DNA of 32,000 nucleotides from Candidatus Poseidoniaceae archaeon (GCA_943789275.1 CALSTM010000003.1:210001-242000); one strand, 5' to 3'; counted from the first letter of the stretch, positions 1 through 9,674 are shown. Numbers and translations: made by a program. Notes: generated by a model not told the origin, from the letters alone.

Positions 1-205
1 GGGATAGAATTTCTTCAGACATGCCCCAATAGCAGGTTACTTGCTCTTCCTGAATGAAGGGAATGCCTTCTTCAACATCACATGGAGGTAACATGGCTTG
101 CTCGGTTCCACCGTCTTCTACCGTTGGTGGCGGTAACAAGGTCGGTAAGGCCAGCAACATGATGCTTAGAATGCCAGCAATCCACCGAAACACAGTATCT
201 CTCAT
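1..205 (-). CDS. hypothetical secreted/membrane protein, N-terminal part only (gene runs off the left edge)
   Basis: Manual reverse-strand translation from ATG 205-203 gives MRDTVFRWIAGILSIMLLALPTLLPPPTVEDGGTEQAM..., open to base 1. It has a hydrophobic N-terminal helix and starts 10 nt after the stop of the upstream gene. It is absent from the ORF track because it has no stop in the window. Confidence 0.4.
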   Translation of the reverse strand, partial: MRDTVFRWIAGILSIMLLALPTLLPPPTVEDGGTEQAMLPPCDVEEGIPFIQEEQVTCYWGMSEEILS

Positions 206-214
206 TCTGAACCC

Positions 215-1261
215 TCACATATCGTCCCATTCAGCCCATTCCTTTGAATTGGCTTTCTTTTCTATTGGAACTGTCTTTCGACGGGTTGTCACCGGTTCTT
301 TACTGGGTGCCGCACCGTCTCCACCAGCGTCCCAAACAGAAATCTGTTCGGTATTTGCCTTCTTTGGCTCGTTCCGCGTTTCTTGAGGACTTGGGGCTGA
401 ATCCGCAAATGGGTCTTCAACAGGGCGAGACATCTCTTCGATGTCTCCCCGCATGAAAGCATAGACTTGTTCTGTGGTCAAGAGTTGTCCTTGCATTACG
501 GCTTTTGAACCGTCAACGAAGGAGTCATCTTCCTGCTCTTGTTCATCGTGTGATTCGGCCATTTGCTGTCTTTCCAAATCTTCCTTGAGTCTTTGAAGCA
601 TCGGATGCTGAGCAACCATGGACTGATCTTGCTCCTGCAGTGTTCGGAGGAATTCTTGGTCTCTTCCAATAACGTTGAGTGTTCCACGAACTGCACGGCT
701 ACGATTTGAATACGCCACTACAGCAGCGACGGGCAGCACGATTAATCCCATGCAGCACAAACTAAAACCGAGCGTGAGGCCGGAGGATTCGAATATTTCC
801 ATTTGCCAGTTATCGATGTTAACAATCCAGACAACTTCATTCTCGCAATCGTTACCTTCGCAGGACACGCTCACCATCAATTCACCTGATTCTTCAGTTA
901 CCCATTCTTCAACCACAACAAAACTGGCGCCGTCAGACGCCATTGGCGTCCAATCTGTAAAACATTTTTCAGTTTCCATGGCTTCATTGACAGCAGCCAC
1001 GCCAACCATTTTCTTGATTTCGACTTCACTTTCTGATGCATTTGAAAACGCAACCGCCATGTAGCACTCGTCGTTTCCGACTTCCAGAATAGCGGATTGG
1101 CCAACACTGATTTCAACGGTCGCCCGTTCTCTTGGATCGTATATCGAATCAATGGCGCTGGTTTGGGAAGAGAGTGCGATACCGCCGCCGAGCAGCAGTA
1201 AAGCGCCTAGAATTCCGAGCCGTAGCCCCCAAGGCGAACGCTTGGAGGAATTCCCTGCCAT
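215..1261 (-). CDS. hypothetical membrane protein (N-terminal signal/TM helix, second TM mid-protein, acidic C-terminal half)
   Basis: 348-aa ORF with hydrophobic stretches LGILGALLLLGGGIAL and LTLGFSLCCMGLIVLPVAAVVAY. It is same-strand and 42 nt downstream of top6A. I recognise no family motif. Confidence 0.6.
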   Translation of the reverse strand: MAGNSSKRSPWGLRLGILGALLLLGGGIALSSQTSAIDSIYDPRERATVEISVGQSAILEVGNDECYMAVAFSNASESEVEIKKMVGVAAVNEAMETEKCFTDWTPMASDGASFVVVEEWVTEESGELMVSVSCEGNDCENEVVWIVNIDNWQMEIFESSGLTLGFSLCCMGLIVLPVAAVVAYSNRSRAVRGTLNVIGRDQEFLRTLQEQDQSMVAQHPMLQRLKEDLERQQMAESHDEQEQEDDSFVDGSKAVMQGQLLTTEQVYAFMRGDIEEMSRPVEDPFADSAPSPQETRNEPKKANTEQISVWDAGGDGAAPSKEPVTTRRKTVPIEKKANSKEWAEWDDM

Positions 1262-1303
1262 GGTAAAGCCTCAGTCTTCATCCTCAATGAATCCTTGCGC
1301 GAC

Positions 1304-2401
1304 TCAAGCCAAGCCAAGTTCAGCCAACTTTTCTGGCAGATAGGTCTCGGTAACGAAATCAAGGCCGTACTTTGCCAACGATTGTTGTTCAGCCTTCTTA
1401 TCCAATTCCAACATCATATTGATTTGGTCTTGCCACCAACTGTCGGCAAATCGCGGGTCTGAAAGTTCCGCATTAAGTGCTTCAATATCTTTCTTTGAAA
1501 GGTCGTCGCTTGGCAAATCATAGGCAACAATGTCATCAGCAGTTATGCCAAGATAAGTTGCTGATGGTGTTGCGAGGTACTCTGAAATGTGTGCTGTTTT
1601 AATCGCTCCGTAAGCAATCGAAGCGAAGATTCGGAAGGACCATGGGTCACCGTCAAGGAAGACGACGACAGGCAAATCCCACTCTTCACTCATTCTCTTC
1701 ATGATCCGACGCGTAGAGCGAGCTGGTTGGCCCTTGAGATGCAAGAGCCCACAGCGGTAATCTTCGTCAAATCCATTTTCGATCAACCGGTCAAACATAC
1801 CACCGGTTTCGATGGCCATGATGAAATCAATATCGTGTTCAAGAAGTTCAATCTTCTCAAGTTCAACGTTGTATGGCACGCCATAGCCCGAATCACCGAC
1901 GTCGTCTCGAGCATTGATTCTCATCCATTCGCCTCTACGGTTTCTCTCCCGCAATGTGAGGTTTCCAATCATTCGTGCACCGTCTTCTTCAGGTCGCAAC
2001 TTGAAGTCTTCACGTAAACATTTGGTGACGATTTCCAAGTCCTCAGCCAAGTTATTTGAATCGTTTTGACTTCCGAATTTGCCCATTCCCCAGCCTTCAG
2101 AAATATAGTACATTTCTCTGAGAGTGGAAGACTTTCCAGCGTCCAGCATTTCTTCAATGAATTCGACCACGTGAAGGGCTCGAAGCAATTGTTTGGCTGA
2201 GCCCAAACTTGTAGCATCGCGAATGGATTGTTTCTTTCCATACTTGTAGACGCCGAGTTTTTTGTCGAAGCCGATGTTGTTCTTTGTCCGAACCGGTAGC
2301 GTCATGGTTGGCGGTTCACCTTTGACAATTCGGTCATACATTTCAGCAACGACTTCGTGCATGGCTGCTTTTGTTTCTTCTGGCGTGTGCATTCGGGACA
2401 T
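1304..2401 (-). CDS. top6A: DNA topoisomerase VI subunit A (Spo11-like)
   Basis: The 365-aa ORF has the length and sequence character of archaeal Top6A (winged-helix/5Y-CAP N-terminal half, Toprim C-terminal half, e.g. VVVFLDGDPWSFRI). Its start overlaps the top6B stop as TAATG. Confidence 0.93.
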   Translation of the reverse strand: MSRMHTPEETKAAMHEVVAEMYDRIVKGEPPTMTLPVRTKNNIGFDKKLGVYKYGKKQSIRDATSLGSAKQLLRALHVVEFIEEMLDAGKSSTLREMYYISEGWGMGKFGSQNDSNNLAEDLEIVTKCLREDFKLRPEEDGARMIGNLTLRERNRRGEWMRINARDDVGDSGYGVPYNVELEKIELLEHDIDFIMAIETGGMFDRLIENGFDEDYRCGLLHLKGQPARSTRRIMKRMSEEWDLPVVVFLDGDPWSFRIFASIAYGAIKTAHISEYLATPSATYLGITADDIVAYDLPSDDLSKKDIEALNAELSDPRFADSWWQDQINMMLELDKKAEQQSLAKYGLDFVTETYLPEKLAELGLA

Positions 2402-4491
2402 TAGACATCACCTCCAAATAAGGTACGTTGGCCTTCTGGAGGCGCAACAGCGGGTTCAGCAACTTCTTCAACAACAGGTGGTGTTGATGCAACAGGTGCT
2501 TCTTCGAGTGTTTGTTCAGACGGAGTGCTTTCATCTTCACTTTCCTTGAACAGTTGTTCTTGACGACGAATTTCTTGAAGGAATTTTTCATCCATTTTGG
2601 TGGCGCCAATAACATCTTGCGAACCACGGAACAGAACTTCAGTCTCTGTCCAATCACCGCGTTCAAGACCGCTCAAACTGAAGGTGATGTTCTTTCGTTC
2701 TCCTGGCTGCAATGCATCGAGCTTCCAAGCCCACACGCCGAGCGCTTCCTTGCGACCACCAGTGCTGTTGTTTTCCATGGTAGCGCCCGTTTTTTCGGGC
2801 CATGTTGCAAGAATGGTGTAAGCTCGTGCGCGGCTGGTATAGTTGAACAAAACAATATCTACATCGGTTTGCTTTGTTTCTTTGTTCCATACAGTTGTTG
2901 ACTCACTGATGACGGCCGACATGATTTTTGTGATGGAGCCAGATAACTCTGGAACCGGTCGATTGAGTAATTGAGCGGACTTTTCAGCGATTGCAGGCAA
3001 GATGTCGTTGATGAGTTCGAACTTTTCTTTGGTTTTCGCCATCTTCTTTTTCTTTTCAAGATGCTTTCTCAAACCTCTTCCCATTTCCAGCATGGCTTTG
3101 CGCGCTTCTTCCATCACTTCGCCGTTGTCGGCAAGCGCTTCTTTTGCTTCAGAAGTGAATTGGACGTTCGTACTTGCAAGGTGAACTAATATTGCAGCAG
3201 GACCCTTTGGTACGCCTTTTCCACCGGCTTGGTCCAGGCCATATTGGCGCCAATCAACGCTTTCAATCGCCTTGGTGAGAAGGCATCCACCTTGTTGATA
3301 CATAAGCGGAACTCGGTTCGCAAACCGCAAGATCTCTACGGGCTTATCGCCGGCCATCGAACCGCCAAAAATCAACCCGACTTCAACTTGGAACGGATTG
3401 CCTTGAGTCACGCACGGCACTCGTGTGAGCGTGGTAACGAAACGAGAGTCAATGGTTTTTGAGAGTCCCTTTTTAATGAGGATTTCCTCGATGGGCGACA
3501 GACAATTTGTTGGTGGTTTGAGCAGTTTAGCAGGTTGACCATTGACCAACCGTTCGCCTTGGAATGCCTCCAAAAGGTTGCGAATATCATCACCTTTGAT
3601 GGCTCTCATTTTCCTTGTACCTTCAAGTTCCGCTGCTTGGCACAATTCCTTTCGGGCTCGGTTTGTAACTCCGGAGAAATTGTTCAAGAGGAAATGGTTC
3701 AAGTTCAAATCGTTCGACTCAGATACCATTCTCTGCAGTTGACCTAACTCAATACCGTGAGGGTGCGGCTTGATGCTCTCTACTTTGGTGGGCAAACGCT
3801 CTGTTACACGGGTCCAGTGGTGCTTCTCGCCTTCAGGGTCAACAAAGATAATTTCTGCGTGTGGATTGACGATGCTTGTCATCCGTAGATACTGCCAAAC
3901 GCTTTGACGGCCTTTCTGGTATTTGGCTTTCATTTGTGCGGTAACTTCAGTGCCGTGCTCTTTGGAACTTCCGTCTTCATTGTACCAAATCTCCCGCCCA
4001 GCATTGGCCTTCGTGGCTTTGTTTTTCCTGGTGTCAAGGCCAATGTCAACAACAGCAGCAGTTGGTTCAGTGGCAATTTTTGAGCGTACATGAGTCGTTC
4101 GCCCCGTCGTAAGTTGACAATACATGACCACACCGGTAATCCCGATTCCTTGTTGCCCTCGAGATTGACGAATGGCGTGGAAACGAGAGCCGAACAGCAA
4201 TTGTCCAAACACTTTCTCAATGCTTTTCTGAGGTATGCCTGGGCCGTTGTCTTCAACAATGAGTTGGATAATGTCTTTCTTTGGATCTATTTTGGTAATT
4301 TCGATACGTATGCTGGGTAGAATCCGGGCTTCTTCACATGCGTCAAGGGCGTTATCCACAGCTTCTTTGACCGCAGTAATAAGAGAACGTGCAAGAGAAT
4401 CAAAACCGAGAAAGTGCTTATTTTTCTCAAAAAACTCAGAAATGGCGACTTGCTTTTGGTTTGACGCGAGTTTTTGTGCTATGCCGGACAT
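2401..4491 (-). CDS. top6B: DNA topoisomerase VI subunit B (GHKL ATPase) with extended C-terminal domain and acidic/Pro-rich tail
   Basis: N-terminal Bergerat fold motifs (VKEAVDNALDA, EDNGPGI, GQQGIG) precede a transducer region. GGAGGAAGACCC lies immediately upstream of the ATG. The gene is coupled to top6A. Confidence 0.93.
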   Translation of the reverse strand: MSGIAQKLASNQKQVAISEFFEKNKHFLGFDSLARSLITAVKEAVDNALDACEEARILPSIRIEITKIDPKKDIIQLIVEDNGPGIPQKSIEKVFGQLLFGSRFHAIRQSRGQQGIGITGVVMYCQLTTGRTTHVRSKIATEPTAAVVDIGLDTRKNKATKANAGREIWYNEDGSSKEHGTEVTAQMKAKYQKGRQSVWQYLRMTSIVNPHAEIIFVDPEGEKHHWTRVTERLPTKVESIKPHPHGIELGQLQRMVSESNDLNLNHFLLNNFSGVTNRARKELCQAAELEGTRKMRAIKGDDIRNLLEAFQGERLVNGQPAKLLKPPTNCLSPIEEILIKKGLSKTIDSRFVTTLTRVPCVTQGNPFQVEVGLIFGGSMAGDKPVEILRFANRVPLMYQQGGCLLTKAIESVDWRQYGLDQAGGKGVPKGPAAILVHLASTNVQFTSEAKEALADNGEVMEEARKAMLEMGRGLRKHLEKKKKMAKTKEKFELINDILPAIAEKSAQLLNRPVPELSGSITKIMSAVISESTTVWNKETKQTDVDIVLFNYTSRARAYTILATWPEKTGATMENNSTGGRKEALGVWAWKLDALQPGERKNITFSLSGLERGDWTETEVLFRGSQDVIGATKMDEKFLQEIRRQEQLFKESEDESTPSEQTLEEAPVASTPPVVEEVAEPAVAPPEGQRTLFGGDV

Positions 4492-4807
4492 GGGTCTTCC
4501 TCCAACCAGGTCCTCCTTCGTCCGAATGACGTCGGGCCTATGTGGTAAGCAACCTTTCTTACCGACGGTTCTTAATGTCTAAGACTCTACTTCATCAAGC
4601 ATTAGGGTTTGTCACCATACGCATGGGTTCTGAGACGACCTACTGCTGAAGAGCAGGTTTGGTTTCGCTGGAATAAGTGTCTGATGACGGGTAAGCCTCG
4701 ACCGGAGGTGCAGTGACTCTGGTATGGCTAAATCGGCATATAGGCCATAATTTTCAAACACTCCTTTAAGAGTGAATTGGGATTTAAGTCGGATTAGTGA
4801 TTAAGTC

Positions 4808-4996
4808 ATGAGCGGAAATATAGCAAAAATCGGATTAGTAGCAAGCATGTTGTCAGTAGTATTGTCATTGTACATTTACTTCGTTGGAGATAACCCAGAT
4901 GAAATGTTGGGTATCTTCGTGGGCCTATGGGCCCCCACACTCATCCTCGCAACCAAAGAGTTCGAGGCATTGTTGGAAGATTCTTCCAGCGAGTGA
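4808..4996 (+). CDS. small hypothetical membrane protein (two predicted TM helices)
   Basis: 62-aa ORF MSGNIAKIGLVASMLSVVLSLYIYFVG...GIFVGLWAPTLILA with no homology I can recall. Confidence 0.35.
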   Translation: MSGNIAKIGLVASMLSVVLSLYIYFVGDNPDEMLGIFVGLWAPTLILATKEFEALLEDSSSE

Positions 4997-5151
4997 ACCA
5001 ACCTCCTTGTTTAGCGTTGAACTCCAAATGCGAGTTCACCTCGCCATCGGTAGGTTCATGTTTTGAACAAGCCCTAGGCTCTGAAACAACATCGTTGATT
5101 TTAGAAACATTATCAGCCGAATCATCCGTGAACAATCTTGAAGGTTAACCG

Positions 5152-7278
5152 ATGGACCCTCAAACCATGCGACCGGTTTACTTTGTGTTGATGCTGGTCC
5201 TGCTCACGTCCCTTTCGGGATGTTTGGGCGACGGGGACTCCTCCGATCAGGTGCCCGGCACTTATGTTGTTGAATCTCAGCTAACTCTCATCGAGATAGA
5301 GGCAAAATCCGATTACTATCAAGACGACGAGACGATGTTGTGGTCGGTTGAATCTGGCCCTTTTATCGACGCCATCGAAGATGCTGGCGGAAACGTAGTC
5401 GGGGTGTTGTTCTCATTGAGTTATGGTGAGGACGAATCTTCAGGCGGTCCAGTGTGCACCGGGGGTGAGGCCAACCAACCCGACACGATCACCGGCTCCG
5501 TAACCAAGGGCGAATGGGTTCTTTCGGACCCCGGTGAAAACCCCGGTTCCCATGACGTGAACCTCACGTGGTACAACCAGTCACTGCTCTCGGGTGTGAT
5601 TGAAGGCGTGACCAAGAGCGAAATTGAGGCACAATTGGCCTTCGGTGAAGAAGCCCTTGGAAGATATGAGTTGAGCCTCACCGTCGATGCGGAGGCCTTC
5701 AACGGCGTGTTGTGTTCGAACAACGACGACGGGGAAGAAGTCGCTACCGTGGTCAGTTTGCTGGTGCTGGATTTCACCGTTCTCAACGAGGACGGAGAGG
5801 GGGAATCGGTGTTGGCGGTCGGCGATGATTCGTTACCTCTGTTCATGTTCGCAGCCTGGATTTTCCCGGTGGTGTTTCTCGTCGGGTACGTTTCGACCCA
5901 ACAACGAGAACGCTTCCACCTTGACCTAGATTTTGGAGAACCGGAAACCGAAGTCGTTGAGGGCGAGTCCACTTCAGACGGCGAGACGCTGGTCGACAGT
6001 TATCGAGCCCGTGTCATCACCCTCTCTGCGCTCTACGTCGCACAAGGCGTACCGTGGGGCTTCATCACCGTCACGATGGTGACCTTCCTCGCTGCTGAAG
6101 GGGCGGACGCCGGCGATCTTGCGTACTTGCTAACACTCGGCACCCTACCGTGGTCGTTCAAGTTCCTCTGGGGGCCTATCATTGACCGCTTCCAGATGCC
6201 CGATCTTGGACGGCGTCGGCCCTGGATCCTCATTGCTCAGACCGGCATGGTGGCGCTGCTGGTCACCATGCTCTTAGTGCCCAATTTGACCGACAACATA
6301 TCCCTGCTTGGTGCGCTGTTCTTCGTGTACAATGTGTTCACTGCGCTTCAAGATGTGTCGACCGATGCCTTGGCAGTTGACGTGCTGCAATCCCATGAAT
6401 TTGAGCGGGTCAACAGCTACATGTTCACCGCCAAGTCGTTGGGTGGTATCATCGGTGGAGCAGGTCTTGGGACCATCATCGGCATCGTGGGCATCAGAGG
6501 GGCCTTCCTCATCCAAATCCCCATTCTCATTGTGATCATGATGGTGCCCTTGTTCATGCGTGAGCGTCCGGGCGAAAAGCGCTTCCCTTGGGACAAAAAC
6601 GACGCCGTTGAGATGGCTGACAAGTCCGATGAATGGGATGAGGGCGTGCGGGGCTTCGCCGTCATTCTCGGGAACATCAAGACCGCCTTTTCTGTTCGTT
6701 CAGCCCAACTCGGCATTGCGGTCAGCCTCATGATTTCCCTTGCGTTCATTCTCATCCCTATTCTCCCACTGCTGTTCCTTCAAGAGTTGGGTTGGAGCCA
6801 AGAAGAATTCAACGCCACGAAGGGCGGAATCATTCTGGTAGTCACCATGCTTGGGGCCATGGCAGGTGGCGAACTTGGTCGCAGATTTGGTGGAAAATCC
6901 ATGCTGATGTACGCTGCGCTTAGCGCTTCGTTAACCACATTGGCGTGGGGTACGTTTGACAATATGTGGAGCGAAGGTTGGTTCATGATGCTGGTGTGGC
7001 TGGTCCACACTTTCCTCTGGTCAATCGTATCCATCTGCGCCTATTCGCTCATGATGAGAGTGACATGGGCGGAAGTTGGTGGAACTCAATTTACCGGTTA
7101 CATGGCGATGATGAACCTCTCTGCCATCATAGGCTACCAATTAGCGCCCATCTTCGCAGAACGCTACAACTACCAGACCATCTTCTACATCGCTGCAGTG
7201 CTTGAGACGTTCGTGGTGCTTGCTGCGCTTTTCATTGACCCTGAAGAGACGGATCGAACCCTCAAAACTGCAGTGTGA
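5152..7278 (+). CDS. MFS transporter of the AmpG/PAT-like family with an N-terminal lipobox signal and a ~230-aa acidic extracytoplasmic domain
   Basis: Signal LLTSLSGC is followed by an acidic Asp/Glu-rich domain. Then come about 12 or more TM segments with the AmpG-type motif LPWSFKFLWGPIIDRF. Confidence 0.8.
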   Translation: MDPQTMRPVYFVLMLVLLTSLSGCLGDGDSSDQVPGTYVVESQLTLIEIEAKSDYYQDDETMLWSVESGPFIDAIEDAGGNVVGVLFSLSYGEDESSGGPVCTGGEANQPDTITGSVTKGEWVLSDPGENPGSHDVNLTWYNQSLLSGVIEGVTKSEIEAQLAFGEEALGRYELSLTVDAEAFNGVLCSNNDDGEEVATVVSLLVLDFTVLNEDGEGESVLAVGDDSLPLFMFAAWIFPVVFLVGYVSTQQRERFHLDLDFGEPETEVVEGESTSDGETLVDSYRARVITLSALYVAQGVPWGFITVTMVTFLAAEGADAGDLAYLLTLGTLPWSFKFLWGPIIDRFQMPDLGRRRPWILIAQTGMVALLVTMLLVPNLTDNISLLGALFFVYNVFTALQDVSTDALAVDVLQSHEFERVNSYMFTAKSLGGIIGGAGLGTIIGIVGIRGAFLIQIPILIVIMMVPLFMRERPGEKRFPWDKNDAVEMADKSDEWDEGVRGFAVILGNIKTAFSVRSAQLGIAVSLMISLAFILIPILPLLFLQELGWSQEEFNATKGGIILVVTMLGAMAGGELGRRFGGKSMLMYAALSASLTTLAWGTFDNMWSEGWFMMLVWLVHTFLWSIVSICAYSLMMRVTWAEVGGTQFTGYMAMMNLSAIIGYQLAPIFAERYNYQTIFYIAAVLETFVVLAALFIDPEETDRTLKTAV

Positions 7279-7465
7279 GTGCTTGACTGTGAGGATTTAT
7301 TCCGATACCATGTCGTCCGGAAAAACTCGTTGCAACCCTTTGTACACCCATTAGTAAGCTTTTCACGCGTGGGTACCCATTCGTGAGATGCATGTGGGAT
7401 GGGTGTTGGGTGGGTATACAGTTTGCTTCAAGTAGGGTTTATCTACAGTTGCCAATGGTAAGGGT

Positions 7466-8713
7466 TTGATGCAGATGAACGACTCCTTTGAATTTAGATT
7501 AGGAGATTGTTTTTCAATTGGAAAAGAATTGGAAGACGAGAGCATTGATTGCATCATTACATCTCCTCCATATTGGAAACAAAGAGAATATGATGTAGAT
7601 GAAACAAAGATTGAGTTCTTGATTGGAATGGAAGAAAAACCTGAAGAGTATGTAGACCATTTAGTTAGAGTTTTGTCAATCTTGAAAAAGAAATTGAAAA
7701 GAGGAGGGTCATTGTGGCTAAATCTTGGTGACAAATATGTGAAAAAGAACCTCATGGGTATGCCGTGGAGAGTGGCAATAGCGTTGATGGATGATGGCTG
7801 GATCTTGAGGAACGATGTAATATGGCATCGAATGAAAGGAACACAGAGTGCAAAGGATAAACTTCGAGATAACCATGAATACATCTTTCATTTTGTCAAA
7901 AACAAGAAATATTTCTATGACTTAGATTCCATAAGAATAGAGAGAGATCAAAAACCAAAGATGAAAAATGGTAGAATCGTATCATCCACCGGTGTTTCTG
8001 GACAATCTTATTTCCGTAAGATTAAGAATTCAACAATATTAACCGACGAAGAAAAAGAGAATGCGACAAATGCCCTTAATCAAATGTTGGGACGCATGAA
8101 AGAAGGTAATATTGATGATTTCCGAATGTACATCAAGGGAGAACACCGAATCCTGCATAGTGATAAAGAACGAATCAGCGGAAGGGCACGTCAATTAAAT
8201 AGGGAAGGATTCTACTTCATGAGTAGTACTTCAAAGGGTAAAGTTCCATCGGACATTTGGTCTCATTCAGACAATGACATTTTCGAAAACGATGCTATTT
8301 GTGCATTTGCTGTTTTAAGATCAGGGGACCTTATTCCAGGTACTCTATGGAATATTACTCCTGAAGATGAATGGAGAAAAGATGCTCATTATGCAGTGTT
8401 CCCTACAGAATTACTACGCATCCCCATTTTGGCAACATGCCCTATAGATGGTGTTGTTTTGGATCCATTTATGGGTACTGGTAGTACTATTCTGGCAGCA
8501 GTAGAATTTGGTAGGAAAGGAATTGGTTTCGATATTAGCCAGAAATATCTAGATATCGCGCAATCTAGACTGATAAAGGTCAACGGGGCTGCCAAGGAAG
8601 AATATCTAGATTTGCCTTCAAAGACAATAGTACAACTGAAAGAACTACTCAAAAAAGCAGGTAAACCAGTTTCCGGTAAGAAGTCTGAACTAATTAAAAG
8701 ACTCAATCAGTGA
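7466..8713 (+). CDS. beta-class DNA methyltransferase (N4-cytosine or N6-adenine) with C-terminal SAP motif
   Basis: Catalytic motif IV DCIITSPPYW is near the N-terminus. The AdoMet motif I VLDPFMGTGSTILAA is near residue 335, the beta-class order. The last ~35 aa, LPSKTIVQLKELLKKAGKPVSGKKSELIKRLNQ, fit the SAP helix-extended-helix pattern. The likely ATG start is 7469. Local GC is low. Confidence 0.9.
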   Translation: MMQMNDSFEFRLGDCFSIGKELEDESIDCIITSPPYWKQREYDVDETKIEFLIGMEEKPEEYVDHLVRVLSILKKKLKRGGSLWLNLGDKYVKKNLMGMPWRVAIALMDDGWILRNDVIWHRMKGTQSAKDKLRDNHEYIFHFVKNKKYFYDLDSIRIERDQKPKMKNGRIVSSTGVSGQSYFRKIKNSTILTDEEKENATNALNQMLGRMKEGNIDDFRMYIKGEHRILHSDKERISGRARQLNREGFYFMSSTSKGKVPSDIWSHSDNDIFENDAICAFAVLRSGDLIPGTLWNITPEDEWRKDAHYAVFPTELLRIPILATCPIDGVVLDPFMGTGSTILAAVEFGRKGIGFDISQKYLDIAQSRLIKVNGAAKEEYLDLPSKTIVQLKELLKKAGKPVSGKKSELIKRLNQ

Positions 8714-8763
8714 ATTGTATAAATTGGCTAATACATAATTAACAACCCAGTCTTAGCGTTGAC

Positions 8764-9534
8764 ATGGTCAAGGTTCCAATTGAGTGGTTTGGTTGGAAAA
8801 TCCCGGCCTTTAGTTCAACGGAATCAACTATTGGTCAAGGAAATCAAACCTGCAGATTTACAAACAACTTGTGCTCAAAGCCTCGAAAATCAACTCCTGA
8901 AATTAGGACTGGAATTTGCTCAGTAAACATGACTGCAGGATTTTTTGAAGGAACTAGAAGAGTAATCATCTGTCCTAAGCGCTTTGAATTAGATAATTTC
9001 TTTTCAATGCTTTCACAAAGATACTTTGACGCCGATCACTCTGTAACATGGACTCCAGAAGTCAAGATTGGCAATTTTGGGAATATCGATTTCGTGGCAT
9101 CACACTCATTACCAAGGGATGAAGAAGCGGATGAATCTGATGAAATGGAAGATGAAGATGATGTGGATGATGAACCACAAATCGTTTTGTTCGAATTACA
9201 AGCCGGAGGTACCACGGGAAGCCCTTATCCAGCAATTGAAGATTTTATTGAGAATCAGAGTTTTTCACAGACCAGCTACAGTTTTTCCATTAATTGGGCG
9301 AATGAATTTATCAAAACTATGGGGCAACAGATCATCAAAAAGGGTCACGCAATTAATGGCTGGGGGGTTCCGATTGTATTTGTTATTCAAGACGTGGCCA
9401 TGGAATATATCGTGGACAAAATGAATACTGAAAATCTAACAGAGCGCCCCGTAGATGCAGAGTGGCCTGACGAGGAGTATATCACTTTAGAACTATCACG
9501 ATGGGAGATGGTGATGATTCAATGTTTTCTTTAG
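8764..9534 (+). CDS. NotI-family type II restriction endonuclease (main reading frame; probably frameshifted near its 3' end)
   Basis: The N-terminal Cys cluster CRFTNNLCSKPRKSTPEIRTGICSVN...IICPKRF resembles, from memory, the NotI metal-binding region (CPF...C...GVCVVN...LVCPNR). IDFV...VLFELQAGGTTGS matches the NotI catalytic D...E-x-Q block (FDW...VLEIQTMDFHGS). It lies 50 nt downstream of the methyltransferase. Confidence 0.65.
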   Translation: MVKVPIEWFGWKIPAFSSTESTIGQGNQTCRFTNNLCSKPRKSTPEIRTGICSVNMTAGFFEGTRRVIICPKRFELDNFFSMLSQRYFDADHSVTWTPEVKIGNFGNIDFVASHSLPRDEEADESDEMEDEDDVDDEPQIVLFELQAGGTTGSPYPAIEDFIENQSFSQTSYSFSINWANEFIKTMGQQIIKKGHAINGWGVPIVFVIQDVAMEYIVDKMNTENLTERPVDAEWPDEEYITLELSRWEMVMIQCFL

Positions 9535-9674
9535 AAGAGGGGTCTTTCTACACAGCAACCTTGGAGACAGCTGAGGCAATGCTGACTGTAGAAGGGTCCA
9601 TCCATTTAAATCAATTTTTATTAGACTTGGAAGGCCGAATGGAAAGGGCTGAAACCTTCACAGTTGACACATGA
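9501..9674 (+). pseudogene. out-of-frame continuation of the NotI-like endonuclease (57 codons)
   Basis: A second frame is open from 9471. Read from ATG 9501 it gives MGDGDDSMFSLEEGSFYTATLETAEAMLTVEGSIHLNQFLLDLEGRMERAETFTVDT. It overlaps the last 34 nt of the main frame and fills the otherwise empty gap up to the recombinase stop. The NotI-like main frame (256 aa) is short for the family. Confidence 0.4.

Noticed and set aside
54-456. Plus-strand ORFs 54-386 and 244-456.
   Set aside because: They lie antisense to the two minus-strand membrane-protein genes, which form an operon with top6BA. Their composition is atypical (Ser/Pro/His-rich).
4492-4807. Structured ncRNA in the 316-bp intergenic region (GGAGGAAGACC resembles the RNase P CR-I GAGGAAAGUCC).
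   Set aside because: That string is the Shine-Dalgarno-like sequence directly upstream of the top6B ATG on the minus strand. No other RNase P or SRP conserved blocks were seen, only a short CTGCT-GAAG-AGCAG hairpin.
7363-7884. 173-aa minus-strand ORF overlapping the methyltransferase start.
   Set aside because: It overlaps a gene with clear catalytic motifs. Its composition (Phe/Ser/Ile/Cys-rich) is typical of an antisense frame in AT-rich DNA.
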